A stretch of 64,000 bases of DNA, from assembly GCA_951406725.2 (NCBI GenBank), contig OX597819.1, positions 2,666,001-2,730,000 on the forward strand, given 5' to 3'. The translations under genes were made by a program, and so were the position numbers. Source of the stretch: Octopus vulgaris (Eukaryota). The notes beneath the pieces were generated by a model. That model was given only the letters and a program-made list of their open reading frames with translations. It had not been told where the DNA came from and did no database searches. Shown here in pieces: positions 1-13,639 of this stretch. Positions within the stretch are counted from its first letter, which is position 1, and every line of letters starts with the position of its first letter.

Positions 1-37
1 TGGAATATTAATGATCTGCTTTTATAGTACTATAGAT

Positions 38-352
38 CATCATCATTTAACGTCTGCTTTCCATGCTAGCATGGGTTGGACAATTTGACTGAGGTCTGGT
101 GAACCAGACTCCAATCTGATCTGGCAGAGTTTCTACAGCTGGATGCCCTTCCTAACGCCAACCACTCTGAGAGTGTAGTGGGTGCTCTTACGTGCCACCG
201 GCACGAGGGCCAGTTTGGTGGTACTGGCAACAGCCATGCCCAAATGGTGCTTTTTATGTGCCACCTGCACAGGAGCCAGTCCAGCGGCAATGGCAACAAC
301 CTCACTCGAATGTTTCACGTGCCACTAGCATAAGTGCTAGTAAGGTGACGCG
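38..352 (-). mobile_element. RTE 3'-UTR copy
   Basis: CATCATCATTTAACGTC..CCATGCTAGCATGGGTTGGAC...GGATGCCCTTCCTAACGCCAACCAC, as in 43200-43560. Confidence 0.8.
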
Positions 353-777
353 GTAGTAAAACAATATTTAAAAAAACTTTTAAATTAATTTTTTTATTCA
401 CTTTAATATTTTTAATTTCCTTTCAATATTTATATATATTGTGATATATCAGCATAGCTTCATATATACATGTTTGCACAAACATAATGTGCTTATATGA
501 AATTATGTTCCACAAGTATGCGTGTGTATACGTGTGTTTAGAAATGTACATATGTGTATTGTGTATCTATGTTTTCACATATGTTTGAATATGCTTTTGT
601 ATGTATATACATATGGATGTGTGTATGTCTGAGAATATATTGAAGCATGCTTGCATATATATATACGTACATGTAAGCGTGTGTGAATACAGATATACAA
701 GTGCTAATGCATGATGAGTGCTAATGCACAAAAATCTTCATCCTTGAGTCTCTTCATCGCTTCTGGTAAATATACAT

Positions 778-813
<36 letters not shown>

Positions 814-950
814 TATTTATATATATACATTCATGTTTTGTTTGCGTTTATTTTTCCTGTTTACATCATGAAGCCTTTCTCTCCCTCTCACTCTCTCTCT
901 CTCTCTCTCTCTGTATGTGTGTGCATGCATGCATGTGTGCAGGCATAATC

Positions 951-1100
951 CTGTGGTAAGAAATTTGCTTTCCATCCACATGGTTCTGGGTTCAGTCCCT
1001 CTGCATATCACTTTGGGCAAGTGTCCAAAAGCTTGTGAGTGGATTTGGTAGATGGAACCTGAAAGAGGTTGATTGTGTCCGTGTGTGTGTGTGTGTGTGT
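951..1100 (+). mobile_element. SINE family A, 5' part
   Basis: CCTGTGGTAAG...CCACATGGTTCTGGGTTCAGTCCC...TTGGGCAAGTGTC followed by (TG)n. Confidence 0.7.
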
Positions 1101-3745
1101 AGTGTGTTGTGATGAGTGAGGGGAGGTTAGGCAAATTACTGTGTTTAAAAAGAATCAATATGATCCAAAACTTATTTGCCCAGCACCATAGCAATGTGGA
1201 GATTCACGATATGCTCAAAGTGTTTCTCAAGAAACTGATCACAATCAAACCTCTTTTGTGTGAAACTGGTTGACTTATATTTCTTGTACTGCTTCTGGTT
1301 GGCTTCATTTAATTTATCTACTGCTGCTTTATTAGGTTCTTTTCTTTCATCTCAGGTTCCTGATTGGTATTTTTATAGAATTTACTTTTGCCAATTTACG
1401 AAATTTACTTTTTCACTAAAGCTTAAACTTATTGAGAAAAAAGTCAATTTTTTTTCCGCATTTTAAACATTCCAAGTTTTGCTTGCATTAACAATTATTA
1501 TTGGGCTGCAGAAAGAGTGGACAAGGTGGAAAATGTGGGTGATGGAGTGATAATATTCTTAATTGAACTTGGAAAAGTTTAAGACAGAAAGCGGAAGCTG
1601 AAAAATATTGCAGCTAAAATTGTATTTCAAATAAGAAAATATTTTGTTTTTATTTCTATTCAAATGTAAATGTATAAAACCTGCTTTAGATTCTAACTCT
1701 CTCTATGAAGAACATTCACTATGGAACTTCCTATATTTAGTCATAAATAAAATAAGATATGATGGATGATGGGAGAGAGTTGAAGCACTCACATATGATG
1801 GAGATATAATCTGTCTTTCAAAATTCAAAAATATTCAGTTACTTTCCTCTCACTTTTTTCCAGCTATAGCTGAACTAACATTTAGGCATACAGAAATATG
1901 AATTCATTCAAAGAGGTAGAGGAAGTAACAGATCAAGTCGTAAGTGGTATACTGTCAGCTCAGAAATAAAAAGAAATATATGGTGTAGTGCTTTTTAATG
2001 AGGGCTAACCTTCCCAGCTAAAGGAAAAGAATTTGGAATCTAAGCTCAAAATGCTCTGGAAGTGCAACAATTTTCAGATTTTGATACCCATGAATTCCCA
2101 CCCAACAAGCACTCATGTCTTGCTTGACCAACAAACCTCCCTTCTCCAAAGTGGACAAAATTTGATTTATCTCCATCAGACTCAGCAGAAAACATTCAAT
2201 ACAATCTCAATCAGACATGCACCTCACTTTACCAACATACTTGCACAGGCACACACCAGTCTTCTCTATAAATAACTCTTTGGCTGCATAATTAAATTTC
2301 ATGGTTATTCCTGTAACAATGTTAATTATCCTTCAAAAACTAGAATTAGTATTTTCTGCTTCTGTAATAATTTTTCAATATCTCCTGTAGGTATGAATTT
2401 CCTATCAAACACTAAAAGTATCTTTGATGAAGATATATTAAAAGATATATTTGATGAAATAATAATAATTCATGAAGGAAATAATTGTAGCCCCATTCAC
2501 TGGTGATAACCAAGATACAGTGGGTAAACAACAACATGCCTGCAAGAACTCAATATATTTAATGAGACACTGCTTTATGTATGCATGTACCTGATGTGAC
2601 CCAGACTGCACTGATCGATGCAACACAATTGGCTGCATATCATCCCACCCATAAGGAACAGTCACAGGAGGGGTCAAAATGACTGACATACTGAATAAAG
2701 ACTAGTACCAAATATATCTTCCATTTCCTTCATCAATTATTATCTCAACTAACACTGTGGAATTCCTAGAGTACATCCAATGGAAATATACCCCAACTCT
2801 GGATGACACCAGGTAGCCCAAACTATGAACATGCTTTACTCAACACTCTAATTGACATATATCCATTAGTCAAAAAAATTAGATATTTGAGGAAATATGT
2901 GTAGACATTAAGAAAATCTAAAAAGTGTCTTTTATAAAAGTGTCAGAGAGGTAAGAAGAGACTTTTTCAAAGCTATGCGATAAAACCAGTTCCCACAGTT
3001 AATAGTAACAAAATTTTGAATGAACACATCTACTTTCCATGTTCAATGTGTTAATCTAAACACAATTTTTTCCCATCAATAACCTAATTAAAATGTAGTA
3101 GGAATTTGAATTTAAATGATAAATTTAAATTCAAATTCAAACTTCAGCTGCAATATTTTTAAGCTTTCGCTTCTTGTTCTGAACTTTTCTAAGTTCAATT
3201 AATTAAGATTTCTATCACTCCTGCACCTGCATATTTCCTGCTAGTATATAGATTTGTGTGTGTATATGTATATGTACATGTATGTCTTATTTTGAGTATG
3301 TAAATGTGTGTGTTTATGCACTGCATTCATATGTGTGTTAGTGAGTGTCTTTGGGTATGAAATTAATTTAACTTCAATTGTATCTTCAGTAACAAAAATG
3401 TTACCAAACTCCCCCTCATGTGGCTTGTTATCTTCATGAAGCCTACAGATATGTGCGTGTACGAATATGTTTATAAACATATATATATATACATATATAT
3501 ATACATAAGCATATGTCCATATATATGTATGATGTGTATGTAAATATATATGTGTATATGTATCTTTGTATATGTGTGTGTGTGTGTGTGCACATGCATA
3601 TGTATGTGTAGAAGCCTTAACACAGGAAAAATGTATGTATGTATATATACATATATGTGTATATATATGTAACTGTATCTCTATAGATATATATATTTGT
3701 ATGTTTATATGGTTATGAATGAATATACCCATATACCCATATATA

Positions 3746-4085
3746 CAAGGTGCAATGGGTAAATTGTTGTCATTTTATATTTTTAATCTTGTGCATGCAT
3801 GTTTGTTTTTGATTTTGTTGACCACATAGTATACTAGGGGGCACCATCTGCGAGGAAAACAGCACCACAACGCAATTCACTCTGCCAGACATTTGGAAAC
3901 AACATGCTGTACTGTTTGGTGTTCGTACTGGAAGCTCCAATATGAACATTTCAGAGTGTTTGGGCGTCAATTTGAGGATTTGGAAAGAGTTGGATGAGTC
4001 TAATGCTGACTACAAGGGTACAGCAGCACGGAAAACTCTGATCGTTCTGATAAGAAAAGCACTTCTGAATTTGTTGTGCACAGAT
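3746..4085 (+). mobile_element. 5' fragment of a Tc1/mariner-superfamily DNA transposon
   Basis: TA|CAAGGTGCAATGGGTAAATTG terminus; LPDIWKQHAVLFGVRTGSSNMNISECLGVNLR..KELDESN..Y.GTAARK resembles a transposase HTH region. Confidence 0.6.
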
Positions 4086-4263
4086 AAATAGGCAGAACAG
4101 AGGTTCATTTTTCATGGGTCCTAAATGAGACTTTAGCCCAGCAAAAGAAAGGCATGATCTGTCACAGGCATACATACATATATTTATATTCAGGGCAAGC
4201 AAGTAAGGATACAGGCCATGTGTGTGTGTATACATATATGTGTGTGTGTGTGTGTGTGTATAC

Positions 4264-4303
<40 letters not shown>

Positions 4304-5287
4304 ACACATATGTATGTACATACATTATGTAGGTACATAATGTAAAATGTCAGCTGCTTCCTCTTAAAGCACATCTAGTTATTCCATTATTACAATTCAT
4401 TATGTAGTTTCTATTGTTGCTGTATAGGTGCAAGGTACATATTAAAGTTGAAAATTCTGGAAATATTATTTGCAGAACAATTGCCTAATAAAAGACGAAG
4501 TTGGAAAATTGATTGGTATTATTTATTCACCATTACACATGTTTCATTTGCTAATAGGAATTTTACATGTTAGACAGACAAGTACAACCAATAGTGTGAA
4601 TTGTTGAATTGACTCTTTGGATAATTTTCCTGAACTAGATTTTGATATTTTATGTAAAAGTAATTCCAATTGTGATAATAGCTTTAAGATAAGACCTAGT
4701 AATAATACATGAGCCCCTCAGCTTACCAGCCCTGGTCAAACCATTCAACTCATGCCAGTATGGATAACAGAATTTAAATGATGATAACGTTGATAATAAT
4801 AATAATGATGATATTATTGTTGTTGTTGTGGTGGGGGGGGGGGGTACCAAAGCTACTACACATGGGTACCAAAACTGAAACGACATGGTGGGAAGCAAAC
4901 ATCTTAATCAAATGGCCACTTGCAAGTGAACATAGTTGAATCCAAAGAAAACACACAACCATATTACTTCACCCTGTTCTTTTATTGTATCAATCGAAGA
5001 AAACATTCTCATGATTTAGTCCAAACTCATCCCGCAAAGGAAAAAATGAAGAAAAATGTCTCTCGCATACACATCAGAAAATGTTAGTCAAAATTTTAAA
5101 CAAACATTGCAAGAGATAAAATGATTTGAAATTATTTGTAAAATGAACAAAGGAATAATGAAGTAAAAACAAAAAGGCCTTCGGATTATTGTTATGACAA
5201 CTAATCCCAAGATTAGGATTATTCAGACTAATTTCAAGAAGTATTGCATTTCTATGAATCTGATTTAAGCAGACATTGACTGTTATA

Positions 5288-5688
5288 CTCTTTTACTTGT
5301 TTCAGTCATTTGATTGTGGCCATGCTGGAGCACTGCCTTTTAGTTGAGCAAATCAACCCCAGGACTTATTCTTTGTAAGCCTAGTACTTATTCTATCAGT
5401 CACTTTTGCCCGAACTGCTAAATTACAGGGACGTAAACACACCAGCATCGGTTGTCAATCAATGTTGGGGGGACAAACACAGACACACAAATATATACAC
5501 ACACACATATATATATACATAAATACGACAAGCTTCTTTCAGTTTCGGTCTACCAAATCCACTCACAAGGCTTTGATCAGCCCGAGGCTATAGTAGAAGA
5601 CACTTGCCCAGGTGCCACACAGTGGGACTGAACCCCGAACCATGTGATTGATAAGCAAGCTACTTACCACACAGCCACTCTTGCGCCT
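5288..5688 (-). mobile_element. SINE family A
   Basis: Reverse-complement match to 22503-22918. Confidence 0.9.
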
Positions 5689-6074
5689 ATGTATGGTTAA
5701 GAGATTTCCTTTGCAGTCATGTGGTTTCTAGGATCAACTACACTGTGTGGCATATTGAGCAAGTGCATTCCACAGCAGCCCCAGGTAGAAAGAGAGAACA
5801 ATATTTTGTGAGTGGAATTTGGTAGATAGAAATTACTAAAGCCCATCATATGCGTGTGTGCATGCATGTGTCCATTGGCCAGAGGATCCCTAAGCAGATG
5901 TTATATGGTGAACTTGTTTGTAGAAAACAGGATTCTTCCAGGTCAATCCACTTCACCAGGAGGAGCAGCCTTAAAACTTCTGTAGTGAAGGATGGATCTT
6001 CTTGAGTACGGTAAGGCACCAGGTATCTCAGTCCTTTGCCATCTCATCTGAAAGGCTCAGCATCCTGAGATTGT

Positions 6075-6076
<2 letters not shown>

Positions 6077-6128
<52 letters not shown>

Positions 6129-6340
6129 ATGTATGTATGTATGTATGTACGTAAGTATGTACATATGTATGTATGTATCTCAACTCAAGATCTCTAAAAA
6201 CAAGTACAACCAATAGTGTGAATTGTTGAATTGACTCTTTGGATAATCTTCCTGAACTAGATTTTGATATTTTACGTAAAAGTAATTCCAATTGTGATAA
6301 TAGCTTTAAGATAATATCTAATTTTTAACGTTCAATTCGA

Positions 6341-6414
<74 letters not shown>
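6077..6414. repeat. (TG)n(TATG)n and (TA)n arrays bracketing a duplicated 115-bp segment
   Basis: Direct reading. Confidence 0.9.
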
Positions 6415-6417
<3 letters not shown>

Positions 6418-7134
6418 TGTGGGGTGTATATGTTTTTGTTCATCTATTGTTCACATATTATTATGAGTGTACCTGCATTTCTCCAAAACAATAAATATTC
6501 ATTACACCATGTTATAAATTAGATTATTTTAAATTTAAATATTGGTGAGAAACTATTTGTAGCTTTAGAACAGTTTTTATAGCTAACAGCAGACAATCAC
6601 CTTTAGTTAAGATCGCAGCACAAATTAAAACAAACAAAAAAAACTTTAGCAGAATATTTCTTAAATGCATTAAATATTCTTTAGCAAGACACAAGTTAAT
6701 CAAAAAGCAACATAATATATACTTTATAATAAAGATTTTCTTTTAATATCTTATGCAATATGCCAAGATTGTATATTGCCAACAAAGCCAATATTCGAAA
6801 CTTAATATACACAGCACAAAACATGTGTAAACTGAAGCAATGGAAATCAAAGGGAGATTGACAATGTAGAGCAGCCAATATATCGGTAGTTGAAAGCAAA
6901 ATCAATTCTATTGTAGACAGGAAGACAAGCTATATTAGAAGTAGTCTGAAAGAGTTTACAACAGCAAGCAGGCCATTAGTATACTACAATGACACCAAAG
7001 GCTGATGAGATCTCCTGTCCAATGGATCATTGCTTTGACATAGACCCTAACATATTGGGTTCTCTCACGCTGACAGAAACAAGCAACCTCCACAAGAAAA
7101 TGGGAAATATTTTGCCCCTTCCCCTGCTCTATCA

Positions 7135-7580
7135 CCATCATCATTTAATAACTGCTTTCCATGCTGGCATGGGTTAGACAGTTGAACTGGAACTGGTAAG
7201 CCAGAGAGCTGTGCTAGGTTCCAGTCTGATTTGGCATGGTTTCTACAGCTGGATGCCCTTCCTAACACCAACCACTCCAAGAGTATAATGGGTACTTCTT
7301 ACATACCACTAGCACAGGTGCCATTTACATGACACTGGCAATGGCTATGACTACGGTTTCACTTGACTTGATGAGTTTTTCTCAAGCACAGCATATCGCC
7401 AAAGGTCTTGGTCACTTGTCATCGCTTCCGTGAGGCCCAACATTCAAAGATCATGCTTCACCACCTCATCCCTTTCCCCTGCGAAGCCCAACATTCATAC
7501 TACCAGCTTGACCACAATTATGATTTCACTTGGTTTGATGACTCTTGTTAAGCACAGCATATCACCAAAAGTCTCGGTCC
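7135..7580 (-). mobile_element. RTE 3'-UTR copy
   Basis: Same diagnostic motifs and (ATC)n tail. Confidence 0.75.
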
Positions 7581-7646
7581 CAAAATCAAATAGAGCTTGC
7601 ATCCATATAACTTTCCAAACCATGGTGTTGAACAAGTTTTAAATGT

Positions 7647-7875
7647 TTAACTCTTTAGCATTCAGATTATTCTGTCAAATGTAAAGCTTATTTATTCACA
7701 TTGTTTTTAAATTTATTATATATAATCTCATAGCTTTGGGATTTTAATGATGTGATTGTTTATTTTTAAAATGACACAATAGGGTAGGTGTGAATGGCCT
7801 GATCTGTCCGTTTTAAACATAAAACAGGAAGAATATTTGGGTCTGATTTGAACAGTTTGAATGCTGAAGAGCTAA
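7647..7875. mobile_element. piggyBac-type MITE
   Basis: TTAA|CTCTTTAGCATTCAGA ... TTTGAATGCTGAAGAG|CTAA; imperfect TIRs with a TTAA-like TSD. Confidence 0.55.
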
Positions 7876-8590
7876 AACAAGCATAAGAAGCAAGCCACAT
7901 GAGAAGTGAGCGAAGAGACATGATTAATCATCAAGTGGGTCACACTACTAAAAAAATAGAATGTAACTTTTCATTAGGTCTGCCAATCAGAAAGTCCCAC
8001 AGGGTGCAGGATGCCCATGACTGATTTAACTATTTGGTATTTAAACTGGTCATAACCATCCCAAACTTTCTACGCATTTTCTGTTCATACCAACCGGATC
8101 TGGCCTCTTGTACCTACCCTACAATGAGGTCAACCATGGAGTGAGAAGTGGGGTTAGACTCTACAAGTACCTTCATTAACTGAAAAGAGGGAGAACATTG
8201 AATGCCTGCATAACCTCTACTCCACCAATTCCATTACTGATTGGGAATACAAATAATCTTGTCTAAGTTGTTCAGAATTTGTGCAATGTTCCCAGTTTCT
8301 GTTCCTTCAATGGAGTATTTATGTAGTAACTAGACCTACAAGAATTAATAAATTCTCCCTCAATTTAATCTATCAACATTAAAAAGTGTAAGAAACAGCA
8401 ACCACAACTCTAAAGTTGTGAAGCAAGCATTTTCGTTCATCTGTAATTAAATTCTGAATAAGTGATCTTTTTTAAAAAGTGACCAATGATATTTTTTCCT
8501 TAAAAAGTAAGCTACAACAAAAATGTATGTAAATGACCAATACCTTACTTGCATTTTGGAAAATAGACTTCAGAATTGAAGAATACTTAC

Positions 8591-8619
8591 AGCAAATTGT
8601 CCAGTACCACCAGCAGCAG
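8591..8619 (-). CDS. PTGR3: PTGR3 coding exon 6 (AAAGGTGQFA, NADPH-binding glycine-rich loop)
   Basis: attaag|CT GCT GCT GGT GGT ACT GGA CAA TTT GCT|gtaagt; 29 nt, phase 1/0. Completes VLVTAAAGGTGQFA. No later exon found in 1-8590. Confidence 0.92.
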
Positions 8620-9571
8620 CTTAATTAAAACATTGAATAAAAATATAAAATATAAAAAGTCAAATGATGGGAAAATATTTAATACTATATTTTGTTTATG
8701 TCTTTCAACTGCTTTTATCACTGCCATATTATGTCGATATTTGTAATTAGCATAGGCCTTCCAATTCTAAATTGATACTATGAATAGATACAGCTTATTA
8801 CAAAGTTTTATCTCTATATAATATTTGGAGAGTGTTTTATGTTTGGCAACTACATTTTAAAATGAACATATAAAGTACAAATTCTAGCACTCATTAAAAA
8901 AAAAAATAATTGGCATTTAAAAATCAATATTTATTGATGCTTCAATTAATTTAGCCTTTCTGTGAGAAACAATGAAAAAATTAATTCTATATAAGAAAAT
9001 ATTTTTAACCTCGTTCTAAAATAACTTTATGATTATGACCCATAGAGACAACATGGAGGTCTAACAATCAAAGATTTATAATTTTAGCTAGTTAAGTCTC
9101 TTCAGCAATGTTGTGGTTAGAATCATATAATTTCTCAATCTAACTGATTATATAGCAATCAATATCCAAAATAAATCATCTGGAGCGGTAGATTTGGTAA
9201 TCACACCACTCTCTAATGGTGTGTGGTGAAATTTTTAGGAAAATTATATCACACACAAAGCATTCTAAGCTTTGCTCTAAAACAATTCTGGTGTTACAGA
9301 ATACTCTTTAAAAATTAATCTAGTGCAATACTTTCTTATGCGGAATTAATTCATTCATAGTGTATCATATTAAACTGTTATGTAAATTTCAATTGCTTCA
9401 ACCACCCCTTTCTCTGATATAAATGGAACTTCCATTTTGATATAAACTAAAACAAACCAACACTTCCTATCAAAATAGAACAAACGATGTAATGGGTTTT
9501 TCTTAGATAAATAAAGTGGAATTAAATTCTACTCTAAAGAAACCTAAATATAGAATTAATTTTAAACTCAC

Positions 9572-9611
9572 CAGTGACAAGAACTGTTTCACCTGATTTA
9601 ATGCAACCAAC
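9572..9611 (-). CDS. PTGR3: PTGR3 coding exon 5 (VGCIKSGETVLVT+G)
   Basis: ctgaag|GTT...ACT G|gtgagt; 40 nt, phase 0/1. Matches G...G..VLVT preceding the nucleotide-binding loop. Confidence 0.92.
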
Positions 9612-10044
9612 CTTCAGAAATAAAAATAATAGAATATTAGATTACAAACATTTTGTCATTCCTTAATTGAGTTTTAGTGTTTTTAATACCAAATATTTCA
9701 CTAGAAAATGTCAATGTCAATCGTTTATTAAAAGGTTATTTCTTTAATGCTAGAATTCAATAAAGCAATTTCATATTTCTCTGCTTTATTCTTCTTTTTT
9801 TTTTTCAGATACATACTAGCAACAAAAATTATCCATTTGAGAGGTATTCATAAAAATATCTAACTTCAGGTTTTTTACCTTCTTATATTAGACGTTTAAA
9901 GAAATTTACATAATAAACCTTTATTTATATACCTACATTCAGCTACAAATTTTTGTACTTCTGTAAACTATTTTCTGCAATTATTTCCCAAGCAAGAAAT
10001 TTATTTTTATAACATCTACAGTTTCTTCTATATAGCCTACTTAC

Positions 10045-10143
10045 CTGATCCAAACTTATGCTGGCAGTGAGGCCACTCACTAACAATGGTAAAAATTCAG
10101 AGCCCAAATAAGGTACAGGTAGTACTTTGCTGGCAGAAACTAT
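10045..10143 (-). CDS. PTGR3: PTGR3 coding exon 4 (IVSASKVLPVPYLGSEFLPLLVSGLTASISLDQ)
   Basis: cctttag|ATA...CAG|gtaagt; 99 nt, phase 0/0. Matches ZADH2 PVP...EYLTLLVSGTTAYISL. Confidence 0.95.
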
Positions 10144-10279
10144 CTAAAGGAAATAGAAAATATATAAAATATTTAACTGTACCTATAAAGTTTATTCACC
10201 ATAAGAATAATTATTTCATATGTGAAGTGTTCCATATTTTTCTGAACATTACAAAGGAGATGACAGAGGACTAAGATAT

Positions 10280-10590
10280 GTGGCACCTAGCTGTACTCAA
10301 GAAGACTCACCCACCACAACAGAATTAAGATCCTAAAACCAAGGTGCCACATAAAAAACATTGGTGTGGGTGCTGGTGCCATGTGAAAAGCACTGGTGAT
10401 GGTGCCACATAAAAAACACCCAGTACACTCTGTAAAGTAGTTAGTATTAGGAAGGGCCTCCAGCAGTAGAAACCATGCCAAAACAGACTATGGTACCTGG
10501 TGTAGCCCCTGGCCTTGCCAGTTCCTGTCAAGTCGTCCAACCCATGCCAGCATGGGAAACGGACGTCAAGTGTTGATAATGATGACAATG
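10280..10590 (+). mobile_element. RTE 3'-UTR copy, opposite orientation
   Basis: Reverse complement of the 7135 copy; ends CATGGGAAACGGACGTCAAG..GATAATGATGA. Confidence 0.75.
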
Positions 10591-10866
10591 ATATGAATAT
10601 TCAAACCAAAGCTCTATGACAGTCATCATCCTCATAGTTTCAATGTTGACTTTTCTGTGCTTGCATGGGTCAGACAGAATTCGTTGCAGCAAATTTTCTA
10701 CATTCAAATTCCTTTCCTATGACCAGTCTACACTTGTTTCCAAGCAAACTAATATTTCCCTGTAACTAGAGATGTTTTTGTGTTAGAATGGAGATGAATA
10801 ACACCAGATATGATAGTGACACTCAGTTACAACTATCATGTGATGTCAAAACAGTGAGGTACGCAT

Positions 10867-10897
<31 letters not shown>

Positions 10898-10902
<5 letters not shown>

Positions 10903-11062
10903 TTAATTACGATGGGCTTCTTTCAGTTTCCATTACCAAATCCACTCACTCGTGAGGCTTTGATTGTTCCAAAGCTATACTTGAAGACACTGGTCCAAGG
11001 TGTCATAAAGTGGGACTGAACCAGAAGCCGCATGGCTGAGAAGTAAACTTCTAAGCCACAGG
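10898..11062 (-). mobile_element. SINE family A, 5' part
   Basis: Reverse-complement head motifs. Confidence 0.65.
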
Positions 11063-13101
11063 GCCTTGTTGAATGTTCAAACTTCTTGGTTAGTGAGATT
11101 TGAAAGATAATGTTCAGATATATTTTACAAAGAAAACGATTTCCTTTCAATTTTTAATATGTAACAAAATCTTTGTCTAGGTTGTTCCCTTCTGAACCCA
11201 CTTCAGGATCTTGGGACAAGTAACCTCTGTACTATCCCTTGCCTCCTAGAATAAGTTGCAGGCTTATTGTTGGCTGTGCTGGCATCGGGTGGAGAGTGCA
11301 ACATATTTTTTGAATGGATACCTCCACTTAAAATCCAAATGTGTCTCTTGTTAATCTGCACAACAGACAATGCAATCTGGTTATTCTTTCAAACCTTTTT
11401 CATACGGCAGCTTGTGGTAGTCTTATTCATGCCAGGCTCGAAGCTGGTATTTATACTGGACCCATTTCAAAAGTAGATATTTCAAATGTCAATATTTTTA
11501 CTAGTTTCACTAAGCATAATGAGTCAACATGGTAGCTTCTATATAATCCCCTGCTAAAAACAGGAGCTAAAAATTCCTCAGATAGCATTTTATCATCTTA
11601 AATAAGGAAAGGCATATTACACAAAGCATTCCAACAAAACATTACAAAGACAAGATGGTCACAGTTGGAATTCTTTTAATCATACATCATTCCAATCAAC
11701 ATTGACCTAAGATAGTTAAACAACAACATTGTCACCATGTCATCTTTGTCGTTGTTGTTGTTGTCATCATCATCATCATCATCATCATTTGAAGTCTGTT
11801 TTCCATTCTATCATGGACTGAACAGATCATTACAGTCCATGTCAGTTCTTATTTTGGGTTTCTGCTTCCTAAGTAGGTTGGAAGATTACATCTCACTCGT
11901 ATGTCCTTCATAACAGCAACCACTTCACAAAGTGTAGTTAATGCATTTTGTCATGGCACCAGTTAATATATCTTCAATAAGACCCAAGAGTCCTCTCAAT
12001 CCAGCAGTGTTTATAGGCATTTGCAAACCATAATTACATGCTTATTCAATCAAATCTTGTAGAAATCATTGACAATTTACACAATCATCAACTATTAGAA
12101 GAGTAAAAGAAATACATTTATGAGGTGAAATTACAAAACATTTAAACTAAAAAGATGATTAAAAAGTCACAACAAATTCAATGTAAGAGAGTAAAATGAA
12201 TAAAATAAACTTTAAATTTATAAAGTGGAAATCCACAAATACCTTATTCTTTAGGAGATAATTGCAAGTAAAGTATTTTTTTCTCTAATTCTAACACTTA
12301 AATCTATTACAAAATAAATCCATTACAAAAGTTGATCTAGTTCCCAGTGAAAAATCAATATAACATTTACATAAGAATTACACATATAAAAAAGACAACT
12401 AAGTCAAAAAATCTGAATATTGTCAAAGATTTAGTTAGGTAACAAAACAAAATCAATGAATCAAATGGATGCACAAACTATAATTTAATCTTAGATAGAT
12501 TTCCAAGCTAAAAACCCTTTTGTTTTACCACAATAAACAAGAACAGCCGAAGTATGAATATTATGAACTGCTTTATACTTCCATAGGAAAAGTAGACAAA
12601 TTTTAGTATACTTTAAAGCAAATAAACTAAGATGGTTGATAAAAATATTTGATCACTGAAATATTAGTTTATATACAGAAAGATTATAATTTTAACATAT
12701 CATATTTTCTTGGCATGTTATGCATGCAAAACAAAGCAAAAAATTAATATTGATTAGATCTAAGGATGATGTGTAACACATATCTTAAGACTGGTTTATC
12801 TGTATCAACTTTGTGATGAAATCAAACAAGTTTCTATGAAAGATTACTTCACTGATATGTGCATTTGACACAGATTATAGTCCTTGATCTTTGATGTGCT
12901 AAGTGGAAATACTTTTAGAGAACTCTAGAATGTTAGGCCTAGTATATTAAATTACACTGGCTCAAAAAAAATTCATATCATGGTCTAATTAAAGTATGTT
13001 AGAATGGTTTAAATGAGAGTGCTTAAACATTAATGGTGACTGCTGAAAGAAAATATAATTAATTTCATTAGTATTAAGAATAATAAGAAAATTTTTCTAA
13101 C

Positions 13102-13197
13102 CTTAAATTCAGCAAATGCTCCATGTACCATATACATCACAGACTGTCCCACTGACAATTTGGTATCACTACCAATATCAACAATTTCTCCAAGAGC
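13102..13197 (-). CDS. PTGR3: PTGR3 coding exon 3 (ALGEIVDIGSDTKLSVGQSVMYMVHGAFAEFK)
   Basis: tttcag|GCT...AAG|gttaga; 96 nt, phase 0/0. Matches ZADH2 GIGEVVALG...VGQAVAYMAPGSFAEY. Confidence 0.93.
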
Positions 13198-13639
13198 CTG
13201 AAAAATATTTTCAGAATAATGTGTCATTAAAATAAAGAGCGTAATAAGTCAAAATAAATATCTATGCACATTTTTGCATATATTGAAAAATTAGCAAAAT
13301 GTGGAATTTATCATATTAATATGGCATGTCATAGTCTGATTGGAATCGATAAAAACAATATTGTGTCAAGTAGTTCTTACTTATAAACATTATTGTTTAT
13401 TTTATGCATTCCTCCCTTCACCATTTCTTCAAAATGTTTTCACAGAAGTAATACTTCTGGTTCAATAGATACAAATCACCACCATTACTTCTTCCTATAT
13501 TTAACATATTCTCAATCCAACCCTAAAAATTTTCAATCCCACCCTAAAAATACTCAATCCTACCCTAAAAATTATCACTCCATTAGTATATATACCTCCT
13601 CAAGCCATGTCAAATGTATGTTGTATGCAGGAATTACAA

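Noticed and set aside
1200-1260. Minus-strand HKRGLIVISF resembling ZADH2 KGRLIVIGF
   Set aside because: Stop codon shortly after, no suitable splice sites, and the intervening exons are missing.
5880-6060. PKQMLYGEL peptide suggesting a LINE C-terminal fragment
   Set aside because: One short motif only; plausible but too little support.
7002-7035. Other CTGANGA matches (7002, 7864, 11575, 13785, 19527, 30445, 54087)
   Set aside because: No stem II followed by GAAA and no closing stems I and III; chance heptamers.
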